Below, piece after piece: positions 28,518 through 39,329 of a stretch of 64,000 bases of DNA. Numbering within the stretch: the first letter of the stretch is position 1; each line of letters begins with the position of its first letter. Made by a program: the position numbers and the translations under genes. The notes beneath the pieces are model-generated. The model had not been told where the DNA came from. It saw only the letters and a list, made by a program, of their open reading frames with translations, and did not search any database. The DNA comes from Gammaproteobacteria bacterium (GTDB lineage: Bacteria > Pseudomonadota > Gammaproteobacteria > JAJFKG01), in contig JAJFKG010000053.1 in assembly GCA_021773335.1 (NCBI GenBank), positions 13,189 to 77,188 of the forward strand, given 5' to 3'.

Positions 28518-29913
28518 TCCGTGTGCGTTGCAAGTAGTTAATGATAAAAGGTGGCAAAGCCAAGAGCAAGAAACCCATCACCAAGAAACCTTCATAAAAC
28601 CACAAGCTACCGGTGTGCAATTGCTCAGGTGGCACAAAACCCAAAGCAAAGGCTGACACGCACACCAGTATTCCCACGCCTGAAACTAACCATACCCCAA
28701 TTTTGCCACCCGGGATCCGGTAGGCACGTGTTTTGTCCGGTTGGGTGTAGCGCAAACGAATCACAGCGGCAAATAATAATACAAACATCGCCATCGTCAA
28801 TTGTGCAGTTAAGGCGGACAAAATCCAGTAAGAACTATTCACCGTAGGCATGAATAAAAAGACACTTGTCAATAATGTCACAATAATCCCTTGCAAAAAT
28901 AATATGGCCACTGGCACATCGTGCTTATTGCAATATAGCAACGGCTTGGGCAAATGCTCCGCTTGTGCAGAAACCAGTAAACCTTTGCTGGGACCAATGA
29001 TCCACGTATTTAACATGGCTGCCGCACCAAACACGGTCAACAATGCCAAAATTGGCAGCAACCAACTGAGATGCCAGGCTTGCAAAAAAATGGCAAACGC
29101 TTGCATCAAACCAGCCACCAAACTAATTTGTTTCGTCGGTACCACAATAGCGATCGCCAATGAACCCAAGATGGCAGTCACTAAGATCACAATAGTCGCT
29201 AAAAATATTGCACGTGGAAAATCACGTTGCGGATGTTGTGTTTCGCGCGCATGAAAACCAACTACTTGCATCCCAGCGAAACTTAAGACAAAACCAACAA
29301 AAAATACCATGCCACTAAGATGTAAATGTGGGAGCATCGCCGACCAAGTGAAGCTGATTTGTGCAGGCTTACCTGTCAGTAACCAACCAATTCCCAAGCC
29401 AATAATCAATAAACCCGGCAACAAAGTGCCAAAAATAATCCCTAAACTACTGAGCCAGCTTGACATGCGCATGCCGAAGAAATTCACAATGGTCGCCAGC
29501 CAATAAATACTTAGAATCACGGTTAAGATAAAGAAACGATTGTTTGCCAAATGCGGATTGATAACAAACGCTAACGTAGCGCTGATAAAGGACAATAACA
29601 TGGGAAACCAAACAACCGTATTGGTCCATTCAAACCATATCGCCAAAAACCCAACAGCAGGCCCAAACGCTTCACGCACCCAAGTATATAAACCACCACG
29701 TTCGGGCCAAGCTGTCGCTAACTCAGCACATACTAGTGCTGTCGGAATGAAGAAAATAACGGCAGCTAGCAGATACAAAACAATCGCAGATAAGCCATAC
29801 TCTGCCATTAATGGCATATTACGCAAACTGAAGATACCAGAGATAGCAATCATAGCTAGGGCAAAAACCCCTAGCACGCGCAAACTACTTTGTTGCTGCT
29901 GTTTCTTTATCAC
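28513..29913 (-). CDS. APC-superfamily amino-acid permease / antiporter
   Basis: The 466-aa protein has 12 TM segments in the APC-like pattern. Confidence 0.8.
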   Translation of the reverse strand: MIKKQQQQSSLRVLGVFALAMIAISGIFSLRNMPLMAEYGLSAIVLYLLAAVIFFIPTALVCAELATAWPERGGLYTWVREAFGPAVGFLAIWFEWTNTVVWFPMLLSFISATLAFVINPHLANNRFFILTVILSIYWLATIVNFFGMRMSSWLSSLGIIFGTLLPGLLIIGLGIGWLLTGKPAQISFTWSAMLPHLHLSGMVFFVGFVLSFAGMQVVGFHARETQHPQRDFPRAIFLATIVILVTAILGSLAIAIVVPTKQISLVAGLMQAFAIFLQAWHLSWLLPILALLTVFGAAAMLNTWIIGPSKGLLVSAQAEHLPKPLLYCNKHDVPVAILFLQGIIVTLLTSVFLFMPTVNSSYWILSALTAQLTMAMFVLLFAAVIRLRYTQPDKTRAYRIPGGKIGVWLVSGVGILVCVSAFALGFVPPEQLHTGSLWFYEGFLVMGFLLLALPPFIINYLQRTRM

Positions 29914-29918
29914 TCGGA

Positions 29919-30677
29919 CTAGATTCCTGATTCGTGTAATTGCTGTATTGTCTTTGTAATTAGCGTATGTAAATGCTTAGAATGGTTCTGCATCGCATGC
30001 ATAATATCCTCACGCTTGATCGCAATGTTTTCACGTCGCCCAGCCGCTCGGCAGACGACTAAAGCCACAATCGCATATTGTATACCTAACTCACGTGCTA
30101 ATGCTGCTTCTGGCATACTCGATACGCCAACCAAATGACAACCATCACGTTCTGCACGATTCACTTCAGCAATAGTCTGCCAACGCGGACCAGACATCAC
30201 ACCTAACGTGGCTTCATCGTTAATATTGAGATTCATGCCACTAGCAACTTTCAACAAGGCTTTGCGTATCGGTTGACTATAAGGGTAACTGAAATCCACT
30301 AGATCAAAATTCGCCTGCGCCTCTTGTAAATAAGTTACGCCTTGCTTATTGGTATAATCAATCAATTGATCGGGCACTGCGAATTGTCCGACCGTTAAAT
30401 CTGGCCGGATCCCACCGCTTGCAACGACGGAAATAATCCTTTCGACACCGGCTTCTTTCAAGGCCCAAATATTAGCGCGGTCATTCACTAAATGAATTGG
30501 CACATTGTGTTCATCACCATCACGCGCCAAAAAAGTAACTTCACTATCAGCAAGGCACCCGGAGACTAAAGAGGCCGAAGTTTCTCCGTAAGGTGTTGCT
30601 ACCCGATTACGATGAGTCACTTCAAAGTCACTAAATTCACATAAGGCACTTAAGCCGATTAATGCTATTTTACTCAT
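29919..30677 (-). CDS. mtnP: S-methyl-5'-thioadenosine phosphorylase (MTAP, PNP family 2)
   Basis: It has the VTPYGE.S, FLARDG..H and VNDRANIWALK motifs of MTAP/PNP-family-2 enzymes. Confidence 0.8.
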   Translation of the reverse strand: MSKIALIGLSALCEFSDFEVTHRNRVATPYGETSASLVSGCLADSEVTFLARDGDEHNVPIHLVNDRANIWALKEAGVERIISVVASGGIRPDLTVGQFAVPDQLIDYTNKQGVTYLQEAQANFDLVDFSYPYSQPIRKALLKVASGMNLNINDEATLGVMSGPRWQTIAEVNRAERDGCHLVGVSSMPEAALARELGIQYAIVALVVCRAAGRRENIAIKREDIMHAMQNHSKHLHTLITKTIQQLHESGI

Positions 30678-30687
30678 TTTAATTTAC

Positions 30688-31254
30688 TCATGCTGACTCA
30701 TGTTCTGCTGCTACTGCATATATACCCGGCGCATTACGCAAATATTCTTTATAATCCATGCCATAACCAAATACATAGCGATCTTCGACCGTGAGACCGG
30801 TGAAATCAGCTCTAGGGATACCACCCTCAAGCCTGACATCTTCTTTTTCGACTAATACTGCACTATAAATCTCTTTGGCTCCTTCGTCTTTACAGTATTT
30901 TAAAATTGCTGCCAAGGTTAAACCACCATCGAGAATATCATCGACGACAACCACGGTACGATCTTTAAAAACTGCCTCGGGTGTTACTTTCCAATGCAAG
31001 TCACGCCCACGTGTGTCACCACGATAGCGCGTGGCATGCACATAGTGCATTTCTAATGGAAAGTCTAAACGCGTAATTAAATTACCCATCGGGATCAAAC
31101 CACCAATCATCACACAGATAAAGATAGGATTCTTGTCTGCTAATTCATTGTGAATTTCATCTGCCATCCTATCAAGCGCTGCTTCTACTTGTTCGCGATT
31201 ATATAAACAAGTTGCCTTGCTATACACATCATTAATATGCTTTGGAATACTCAT
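30688..31254 (-). CDS. hpt: Hypoxanthine-guanine phosphoribosyltransferase
   Basis: It has the PRPP-binding motif [13 protein letters not shown]. The 188-aa length fits. Confidence 0.8.
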   Translation of the reverse strand: MSIPKHINDVYSKATCLYNREQVEAALDRMADEIHNELADKNPIFICVMIGGLIPMGNLITRLDFPLEMHYVHATRYRGDTRGRDLHWKVTPEAVFKDRTVVVVDDILDGGLTLAAILKYCKDEGAKEIYSAVLVEKEDVRLEGGIPRADFTGLTVEDRYVFGYGMDYKEYLRNAPGIYAVAAEHESA

Positions 31255-31310
31255 TGTATTTTCCTCTCTTCATCCTGAAATAATTGTGATTCTACGCTTG
31301 ATTGATAACA

Positions 31311-32474
31311 TCAAACATTACTGGGCGCCTCATGCGGCACGCGGGCTTGAATTTGTGCAGACGATGTCAGTGCCATTTCATGCATATCCAAACCATTAGG
31401 TATATGCAGCGTTTGCGTGGGGAAGGCGCATTCAGCACCATGGTTTTGAATAATTTCTATGGTTTTTAAAAACACATCTTGTTGAATGGCTTGAAAACGC
31501 ACCCAATCTGTCGTCTTAGTGAATGTATAAATGAAAAAATCTAACGATGAAGGCCCAAAGTTGACTAAGTTGACCATCAAAGTCTGACGTGTATCGATTT
31601 CGGGATGCTCATGTAACATTTTTTTAACATCTTCTAACAAGGGTGCAATCTTGTTAGCATCATCGTAACGTAAACCAATCGTGGTATTAATACGACGATT
31701 ACTCATACGTGAAGGATTTTCGATGGCAATCGTTGCAAAGATTGAATTTGGCACATACAGTGGGCGCTTGTCAAAGGTGCGAATACGTGTGGTGCGCCAA
31801 CCGATATATTCAACTGTGCCTTCTAATTCGCGGTCAGGCGAGCGCACCCAATCACCGATTGAAAATGGTCGGTCGAGATAAATCATCAAACCACCAAAGA
31901 AATTCGCCAACAAATCCTTTGCGGCAAAACCGATAGCAATACCGCCGACACCACCAAAAGCGACCAAACCTGAGATGCTAAAACCGAGTGTTTGCATAAT
32001 CACCAATGCACCCGTGATCACCACCGTGATACGTAATAGCTTACCCACTGCGCGCACTAAGGTCACATCAAGGGGCTCTTTGCCTGCAGGACGGTGCATG
32101 ATCAAATTGGTTTCACAGCGGCTAATAAACCGTAAAGCAGCCCACACAACAATGGCGATGATCGCAGTACTGCGTAACGGTGGCACCGCTTTAAAGATAA
32201 CCGCGCCGGGTTCTTTGAGACGAATAATTTCCATCGCAAAGGCTAAACCTACCACCAAAATAAGTGCATATAAGGGCTTATAGACAGACCACAATATGGT
32301 GTGATCCCAAACGGTGCGAGTTTTCTTTAAGCGCTCGATAATACGCGCGCACACGCGCTTAGCAACAGTTGCTGCTATCAGGGTGATAAACACGACAATA
32401 AAAACTTGAAACACCCAGTTATCGGTGAAAAAAGCTTTCGTAAACCAACTTAATATATTTGTAATAATACTCAT
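31311..32474 (-). CDS. MscS-family mechanosensitive channel
   Basis: Its N-terminal TM helices are followed by the conserved MscS beta-domain PFSIGDWV and a C-terminal domain. Confidence 0.85.
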   Translation of the reverse strand: MSIITNILSWFTKAFFTDNWVFQVFIVVFITLIAATVAKRVCARIIERLKKTRTVWDHTILWSVYKPLYALILVVGLAFAMEIIRLKEPGAVIFKAVPPLRSTAIIAIVVWAALRFISRCETNLIMHRPAGKEPLDVTLVRAVGKLLRITVVITGALVIMQTLGFSISGLVAFGGVGGIAIGFAAKDLLANFFGGLMIYLDRPFSIGDWVRSPDRELEGTVEYIGWRTTRIRTFDKRPLYVPNSIFATIAIENPSRMSNRRINTTIGLRYDDANKIAPLLEDVKKMLHEHPEIDTRQTLMVNLVNFGPSSLDFFIYTFTKTTDWVRFQAIQQDVFLKTIEIIQNHGAECAFPTQTLHIPNGLDMHEMALTSSAQIQARVPHEAPSNV

Positions 32475-32483
32475 TCTTAAAAC

Positions 32484-33551
32484 CTATGTAATTACATCGT
32501 TAACTAACTTATGCGTCGCCAGTAATGCCGTGGCTGTTTGCCATGCATCGCTCGTGTGTAACGCTGTTAATCCATCCACATGTGCCCGACTCAACTGTAT
32601 CAAGCGTTCCTGACTAGACACATTGTGATATTGATTTAAGCCTGCAAGCACATCGTGTACGGCCTGCGATTCATTGCATAATAGCAACATATCGCAGCCG
32701 GCTTGCAAAGCATGTTGTGCCCGAGCCACATGATCACCAACCACATGGGCGGCTTGCATGCCTAAATCATCACTAAAAATAACACCGTTAAAACCTAACT
32801 TTTGCCGCAAAATTGTTTGCAGCCAATACGTAGAAAAACCCGCTGGCTTATCATCAACGGCTGCATAAATCACATGCGCTGGCATGATACCATCTAATTG
32901 CCCCGCCGCCATGAGTTGCGTAAAAGGCTGTAAATCCTGCGCGGCAATCTCAGCATAATCACGTTCATCGACCGGCATCGCAACATGTGAATCAGCTGCT
33001 ACCGAGCCATGACCCGGGAAATGCTTAGCTATCGCTGGCATACCTGCCGTGTGCAAACCCTGGATATAGGCTTGTGCCAAGTTAACGACAGCCTCAGGGG
33101 CAGCATGAAAACTGCGATTACCGATCACTTCGCTAATCCCCAAATCCAAGTCCAAAACAGGCGCAAAACTAATATCGATGCCTAAGGCCAACATTTCACT
33201 CGCCATCAACCACCCCGCGGCCTGAGCAAGTTCGCACGCCAACTCCGGCTGTTGTGCATAGTATTGGCCTATCTTACCTAAAGCAGGTAGTTGGGTAAGC
33301 CCCGCACGAAAACGTTGTACGCGTCCACCTTCTTGATCCACTGCAATTAATAACGGTTGCGTGCGCACGGCATGGATTTCTTGCGTCAATGCGCTCACTT
33401 GTTCAGGCGCGGCATAATTACGCGTAAATAAAATGACACCACCGATCAATGGATGACTCAACAACTCACGCTCTTCTAGCGTGAGGCTCAAGCCATTCAC
33501 GCCGACCATTAATGGCCCTAAAGAAAGGCTGCTGGACTTAGCAAGGCTCAT
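32484..33551 (-). CDS. nagZ: Beta-N-acetylhexosaminidase NagZ (GH3)
   Basis: It has the GH3 N-terminal domain motifs (GGVILFTRNY, KHFPGHG, FSDDLGM) at the NagZ-typical length of about 350 aa. Confidence 0.85.
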   Translation of the reverse strand: MSLAKSSSLSLGPLMVGVNGLSLTLEERELLSHPLIGGVILFTRNYAAPEQVSALTQEIHAVRTQPLLIAVDQEGGRVQRFRAGLTQLPALGKIGQYYAQQPELACELAQAAGWLMASEMLALGIDISFAPVLDLDLGISEVIGNRSFHAAPEAVVNLAQAYIQGLHTAGMPAIAKHFPGHGSVAADSHVAMPVDERDYAEIAAQDLQPFTQLMAAGQLDGIMPAHVIYAAVDDKPAGFSTYWLQTILRQKLGFNGVIFSDDLGMQAAHVVGDHVARAQHALQAGCDMLLLCNESQAVHDVLAGLNQYHNVSSQERLIQLSRAHVDGLTALHTSDAWQTATALLATHKLVNDVIT

Positions 33552-33839
33552 GTGGTTATTTACCCTAAATTCACTGAAAAATGGCTACACATTATACACT
33601 TTTTGCTCATCTAGTGCTATGATATTTTAACCTAGAATCGGCAGTTGGATGCGAGTTAAGAGGGTAATGGATTGATTCAGATAGCGTATTAAAAATTTTC
33701 GTGGTCACCTCCCTGGTGATGAGATAAATTTTTAATACACTCGATGAATTAAGGCATTCCGCTCTTAAGCGTGAGCAACTGCTGATCCTAGGTTAGAGAT
33801 TTTATTCTAAGGCACTGCGCCCAAAACAAGGATTGTAGA

Positions 33840-35156
33840 ATGAGTAAAAAATTGAGCTATCAGAGAGGGCTAGGTAATTATTTGACCACAGAGGCCCGCC
33901 CCGGCAGCCTACCTGCAACACAAAATTCTCCACAAAAACCCCCAAGTGGGCTCTATGCCGAGCAAATTAGCGGTAGTGCGTTCACGACGCCGCGCGTCAA
34001 TAACCTCCGTACTTGGCTATATCGCATGCGGCCTTCGGTGATGCATGGCCCTTTTCAAGTCATCGGAGGGCACCGGGTTTGTGGTAATCCCATTAAAAAC
34101 CAGACGCTCAATCCCAATCAACTGCGCTGGGGAACCCCTGCGATTCCCACGCAAGCAGCGGATTTTATTACTGGGCTTACAACATTCGCGAGCCATGGCA
34201 GCATTGAGCAACAAAGGGGTGCTGCAATCCACCTCTATAATATGAATGACTCCATGCACAAGCGCTATTTTAGCAGCGCCGATGGCGAATGCTTATTCGT
34301 GCCTCAGCAAGGCGAGTTACGCTTTAAAACCGAAATGGGTGTGCTGGATGTTGCACCCGGTGAAATTCTCGTAATACCACGTGGCGTAAAATTTCAAATC
34401 GAGCTACTTGATGCGTCAGCGCAAGGTTATATTTGTGAAAATTACGCCGCACCTTTTCGGCTACCCGAACTCGGCCCTATCGGCGCCAATGGTCTAGCAA
34501 ATCCACGCCATTTTCTCAGTCCCGTTGCAGCATATGAAGATCAAGAAGGCAAACACGAATGGATACATAAATTTCATGGCCAATTGTGGTCAGCACCCCT
34601 AAGTCACAGTCCGCTCGATGTGGTCGCTTGGCACGGTAATTATGCACCATACAAGTATGATCTAAGTTTGTTCAATGTCATTAACAGTGTCAGTTTTGAT
34701 CACCCCGATCCCTCTATCTTTACCGTATTAACCTCGCAATCAGATACTGCTGGTGTCGCCAATGTCGATTTTGTAATTTTCCCACCGCGTTGGGCTGTGG
34801 CCGAACATACTTTCCGCCCGCCCTATTTTCATCGCAATATCATGAGTGAATTTATGGGGTTGATCCATGGCGTGTACGATGCCAAAACACCCGCTGAAAC
34901 GCCGACCAGCAAAAACGCTGGTTTTGTCCCTGGCGGCGCGAGCCTACATAATTGCATGACACCGCATGGGCCTGATACAAGCAGTTATCAAAAAGCCGTT
35001 GATGCTAAACTCAAACCTGAATATATGGCAAATACCCTTGCCTTTATGTTTGAAAGCCGCTTTGCTTGGGTACCGACCGAATATGCCTTGCAAAGTGAAT
35101 ATTTGCAGAATGATTACCAAGCGATTTGGCAAGGGTTCGAGAAACAGTTTAAGTGA
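33840..35156 (+). CDS. hmgA: Homogentisate 1,2-dioxygenase
   Basis: The N-terminal YQRGLGNYLTTEA..GSLP..QNSPQ..P.GLYAEQISGSAFT and the 438-aa cupin-fold length match HmgA. Confidence 0.9.
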   Translation: MSKKLSYQRGLGNYLTTEARPGSLPATQNSPQKPPSGLYAEQISGSAFTTPRVNNLRTWLYRMRPSVMHGPFQVIGGHRVCGNPIKNQTLNPNQLRWGTPAIPTQAADFITGLTTFASHGSIEQQRGAAIHLYNMNDSMHKRYFSSADGECLFVPQQGELRFKTEMGVLDVAPGEILVIPRGVKFQIELLDASAQGYICENYAAPFRLPELGPIGANGLANPRHFLSPVAAYEDQEGKHEWIHKFHGQLWSAPLSHSPLDVVAWHGNYAPYKYDLSLFNVINSVSFDHPDPSIFTVLTSQSDTAGVANVDFVIFPPRWAVAEHTFRPPYFHRNIMSEFMGLIHGVYDAKTPAETPTSKNAGFVPGGASLHNCMTPHGPDTSSYQKAVDAKLKPEYMANTLAFMFESRFAWVPTEYALQSEYLQNDYQAIWQGFEKQFK

Positions 35157-35215
35157 GATTTGTCTTCCTCAGCCCGTGTATCTCCACAAATTATTTAGTT
35201 AAAACCAGCAACTTG

Positions 35216-35535
35216 TGTAGCTTACTGTCTCTGCGTCAAGCCCAAATGTAGCCTACTGTCTTTGCGTCAAGCTCATATGTAGCCTTGATAAGCGCATTGC
35301 GCGCATCAAGGGAATGTATTAGCAAACACCGCCCCTTGATGCGCACCTACGGTGCTTATCAAGGCTACTGCGTCAAGCACAGTAGAGCCGTAGCCCGGAT
35401 AAGCGCGGCACGCGCGTCATCCGGGGCGGGTGTTTGCGATTGCGGTTCCCGGATGACGTTGCTGCGCAACTTATCCGGGCTACATCTGAACTTGACTAGA
35501 AGACAGTAGTCCACACATGAATCAAGGCTACTTTA
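35216..35535. repeat. Largest REP/BIME-like mosaic (family 1): two CTACTGTCTyTGCGTCAAGC units, a GTAGCCTTGATAAGCGC palindrome pair and two CCCGGATAAG..CATCCGGG palindrome pairs
   Basis: Track ORF 35285..35509 lies wholly inside this repeat block and is considered spurious. Confidence 0.65.
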
Positions 35536-35553
35536 GGGCTTAAAGAAGCTTTG

Positions 35554-36723
35554 CTACGCTTTGATACCGAAGACTTCCTTAAGATAGGCAAGGTATGACA
35601 AATCACGACACATGGTTTTATTCGGTGTGTCACTGACTTTTGCCACGGGTTGGCCGTTACACTCAATCATTTTAATCACGATTTGAATCGGATCAAAGCC
35701 AACATCATTTGTTAAGTTAGTACCAATACCAAAAGCAGGATTGGCGCGGTTATGAAAATGATCAAACAATTGCAGAGCTAAGGGAAAAGTTAAGCTATCG
35801 CTAAACACCATGATCTTAGCCTTAGCATCGACGCGCAATTTAGCATAATGTTCAAGTAACTTTTCACCCCATTCGAATGGATCACCAGAATCATGACGCG
35901 CACCATCAAATAATTTACAGAAATACAAATCAAAATCACGCAAAAATGCATCCATGCCGCACACATCCGATAAGGCAATACCTAGTTCACCACGATATTC
36001 TTGTGCCCAACGCTCAAAAGCAAAACGTTGACTGTAAATCAAGCGTGGCCCCAAGGCTTGGCACGCTTGTAAGTATTCATGCGCCATAGTACCGATCGCT
36101 CTGACACCAAGCTGTTTAGCGAACAACACATTACTCGTGCCTTTAAAATTATTGGGTAATTCTGTCGATAATGTTTTTACAACTTCTTGCTGCCAGCTGC
36201 TTGAAAAGCGTCGGCGTGTACCATAATCCGAAAACTTGAACTTATCGCCTGCTGGGTGTGATTTAACTAAAGCAATTTTTTCGCGTAGGCGTTGGCGACC
36301 AATAGAAAAATCCGCAGCTTTATGTTCATTGCGCATATACACTTCGCTAACGATCGCCAACACAGGCACTTCAAACATAATCGTATGCAACCATGGCCCT
36401 TTAATACTGATGTCGAAACCATTGTCAGTCGTAATATCAATGAAGGCATAATTCAGGCGGAAAATGCGTAAAAATTCGATATAATCACTTTTGAAAAAAC
36501 TAAAGGAACGCAGATAAGCCAACTCTTCTTCATTGAACTTTAAACTGCAGAGATGTTTAACTTCTTCGCGTATTTCATCGACGTAAGGACTAATATCAAC
36601 CCCAGGGGTGCGGCATTTAAAGCCATATTCGACGAGCGCGCCAGGAAATTGATGCAGTGTCGCTTGCATCATGGTGAATTTATATAAATCGCTATCGAGT
36701 AAAGAATTAATAATCACAGCCAA
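35554..36723 (-). CDS. pncB: Nicotinate phosphoribosyltransferase
   Basis: The N-terminal [18 protein letters not shown] and the overall 389-aa PncB architecture match. Confidence 0.9.
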   Translation of the reverse strand: MAVIINSLLDSDLYKFTMMQATLHQFPGALVEYGFKCRTPGVDISPYVDEIREEVKHLCSLKFNEEELAYLRSFSFFKSDYIEFLRIFRLNYAFIDITTDNGFDISIKGPWLHTIMFEVPVLAIVSEVYMRNEHKAADFSIGRQRLREKIALVKSHPAGDKFKFSDYGTRRRFSSSWQQEVVKTLSTELPNNFKGTSNVLFAKQLGVRAIGTMAHEYLQACQALGPRLIYSQRFAFERWAQEYRGELGIALSDVCGMDAFLRDFDLYFCKLFDGARHDSGDPFEWGEKLLEHYAKLRVDAKAKIMVFSDSLTFPLALQLFDHFHNRANPAFGIGTNLTNDVGFDPIQIVIKMIECNGQPVAKVSDTPNKTMCRDLSYLAYLKEVFGIKA

Positions 36724-36726
36724 GCC

Positions 36727-37398
36727 TTACATCGTTGCTGCCAATTGCGCAGCGTTTTCAATCACTGTCACGCCAGCACCTGTCATTTCAGCAAGCGCTG
36801 CTTGCGTGGCAGCGGGAGCAACTCCACGGCACGCCGCCTGATTGACTATCACCGCAAACTGTGCGCAGCGTAATTGTAACACGGTACTTTTGACACAATA
36901 ATCTGTTGCCAAACCACCGACGATGACTAATTTGACTTGATTTTCATGTAAAAATTCAATTGCGCCGGTACTCATTTTTTCTGCCAAATCATGATAGCAA
37001 GCACCATACGGGTGCATGTCTAACTCTATCCCCTTCCACACAAAAAAGTCATAGTCAGTAACCGGCGGCAAGCCATCTAATAACTCAAACCCAGCAGAAC
37101 CAATCATGGCATGTGCGGGCCAATACACATCAGCATTCCTGCGATTGAGTGAGCTCAATGGCGGATGTTTAGCATCGGCCAGCCACACCGCAGCAGGACT
37201 ATGAGCATCTTTAGAAGCCAAACGATAAGCCGCAAATTGCGCCTGTGCATTGAGTTCAGCAACGATTTCACTGCCGCCGTCAACCGGCAATTCATCGGGG
37301 CACAGCGGCGTAAAAGTCTTTTGCGCGTCGACATCGAAGCTCGCGATGTGCTGCTTTGCGGGTAGTTTAATGGTCAGACTAGATTCCATTATCTTCAT
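36727..37398 (-). CDS. pncA: Isochorismatase-family hydrolase, probable nicotinamidase PncA
   Basis: The D/K/C triad pattern is DVDAQKTF ... SKDAH ... ATDYCV. It lies immediately downstream of pncB with a 3-bp gap. Confidence 0.65.
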   Translation of the reverse strand: MKIMESSLTIKLPAKQHIASFDVDAQKTFTPLCPDELPVDGGSEIVAELNAQAQFAAYRLASKDAHSPAAVWLADAKHPPLSSLNRRNADVYWPAHAMIGSAGFELLDGLPPVTDYDFFVWKGIELDMHPYGACYHDLAEKMSTGAIEFLHENQVKLVIVGGLATDYCVKSTVLQLRCAQFAVIVNQAACRGVAPAATQAALAEMTGAGVTVIENAAQLAATM

Positions 37399-37521
37399 TC
37401 CTGTGCCACACCATGCATCAGACAGGACAAATATGGCACAAATTTATACGTGTGCACGCATAGTAACATGCCGGTAACTTATAGTACCATAGTCGGCTTT
37501 AACTAACTTAGGGTCTATCCA

Positions 37522-38892
37522 TTGTCCAACTCAGCGCAAGCCCCCATCAGCTACAGTAACGCGAGCAAGCAACTCATTCGTTTAACGATGCCGATCGCAG
37601 GTTCACGCTTGGTAGCCATGTTAACCAACATCATCGCAACATTGATGTTGGCACGTCTCGGACATACCGTCTTAGCGGCCACGGCCTTAGCAACATCAAC
37701 CTTGACCTTATTTGTTGTTGTGCCTTGGGCCGTATTATTTTCCGTCGGCATTATTGTTGGACGTGCGGTTGGCGCAAAAAAATATAAGCATGTAGGCGCA
37801 ATCTATCGGCAGGGTTTATTATTGGGCACGTTTATTTCGGTTCCGCTTGCAATCATTGGCTACAATGTTGGGCCAATTTTGCTTTTCTTTAAGCAAGATC
37901 CACAATTGGTTGCGCTGACGATCCCTTTTATGCACATTGTTGCCTTTTCGATTACCCCTAGTATGTGGTACATTTGTGCCACGCAAACCGTGGTCGGCGT
38001 CGGCAAAGCGCGCCTACCTTTGTATTGGTCTGGCATCAATTTAAGCCTAAATACTTCGCTTTATTACATCTTTATCTTAGGCCACTTTGGCGCACCACGT
38101 TTGGGCCTCACGGGCATGGCTATAAGCATGACTATCACTTATTGGACGATAGGTTTGGGCAGCATGCTGTATTTTGCTAAGCATCGTGACTTGCAAATTT
38201 ACGCCTTTTTTAAACCATTAGCCGATAAAAGCGTTAATCATCTTAAAACCTTATTCAGTATCGGCTGGCCTATCTGCGTTCAATTTGGTGCTGAATTAAT
38301 TGCCTTTACCGTGACAACGATCTTTATGGGTTGGTTAGGCGCCACTGCCCTTGCTGCACAACAAATCGTACAACAATACTATCTACTGTCATTGATGTTC
38401 GCATTCAGTTTGGCGCAAGCTTGTGGAGTCTTGATTGGACAGGCACTCGGTGGGCGCGAATACCAAAACGTAATACGTTTTGGTTATGCCAGTCTTTTGA
38501 TTTCTATTCTTTTCACTGTCTTTGTCGCCGTACTATTCTTAGCGGCACCGAAATTATTATTGAGTTTATTCATAAATGTTCACGCTGCGAGTAATCAAGC
38601 CGTCATCAAGATTGCCATTAGCCTTTTCATCGTCACCGCCTTTTCACAAATCTTTGATGCTTTGCGCAACGTTGCAACTGGTTGTTTGCGGGGATTCCAA
38701 GATACACGCACCCCGATGTGGGTAGGTGTTATTGTGGTCTGGTTAATCGCCTTGCCACTGAATTATTTAGGTGCATTTACTCTAGGGCTAGGCGCAATTG
38801 GCTTACGCCTAGGTTTCTTAGTGGCATTTATTGTAGGGGCGTATCTGTTAATTAGACGCTTTCAGCAAAGAGCTAGTTCTTGCTATAGTTAG
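37522..38892 (+). CDS. MATE-family efflux transporter
   Basis: The 456-aa protein has 12 TM segments and the MATE N-terminal pattern (LTMPIAGSRLVAMLTNIIATLMLARLG). Confidence 0.85.
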   Translation: MSNSAQAPISYSNASKQLIRLTMPIAGSRLVAMLTNIIATLMLARLGHTVLAATALATSTLTLFVVVPWAVLFSVGIIVGRAVGAKKYKHVGAIYRQGLLLGTFISVPLAIIGYNVGPILLFFKQDPQLVALTIPFMHIVAFSITPSMWYICATQTVVGVGKARLPLYWSGINLSLNTSLYYIFILGHFGAPRLGLTGMAISMTITYWTIGLGSMLYFAKHRDLQIYAFFKPLADKSVNHLKTLFSIGWPICVQFGAELIAFTVTTIFMGWLGATALAAQQIVQQYYLLSLMFAFSLAQACGVLIGQALGGREYQNVIRFGYASLLISILFTVFVAVLFLAAPKLLLSLFINVHAASNQAVIKIAISLFIVTAFSQIFDALRNVATGCLRGFQDTRTPMWVGVIVVWLIALPLNYLGAFTLGLGAIGLRLGFLVAFIVGAYLLIRRFQQRASSCYS

Positions 38893-38975
38893 AAAAAATG
38901 TAACTACTCACCAGAAATTACAGTTACCCCAGAATCCTTCCAAAGATAAAGTTCTTCCTTATGCAATGGGGGATT

Positions 38976-39008
38976 CTCAAGGGGGAGAATGCAATTCTCC
39001 CCCTTGAG
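38976..39008. terminator. Perfect 14-bp stem / 5-nt loop hairpin between convergent MATE and fic genes
   Basis: The sequence is CTCAAGGGGGAGAA tgcaa TTCTCCCCCTTGAG. No strong U-run follows, so it is a bidirectional hairpin candidate. Confidence 0.4.
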
Positions 39009-39329
39009 CGCCGTTGTGCTGGCTTGGCCGGCGCAGGCGTATTTCTAGGGGTAACTATTCAGCAATTTTGCTTAATTCAAAATATTAAAAAGCAACTGAT
39101 CTTTTTTAATTGGCAACAACCCTGGCCTTTTATTACTAAATTGACTATAATCTGCGTATGAAAAAAACGTCATTAGTAAACACAAACCCCTACCTTAGAA
39201 GCCAAGATCGGGAGTCGTTGGCGGCTCGATCTACGATTACGTCATGTGGTGTTGAAGGTATAAAAACAGATTTAAGCATGGATTTTGACATCGTTATTCC
39301 TCGGCGCCATAAACGCATCTACGATGATA

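Noticed and set aside
35285-35509. 74-aa ORF inside the 35216-35535 REP mosaic, and similarly 43058..43240 inside the 42868-43145 mosaic
   Set aside because: Both are entirely composed of palindromic repeat units. The Ala/Arg-rich translation is an artefact of GC-rich repeats, and the position is intergenic between convergent or tandem genes.
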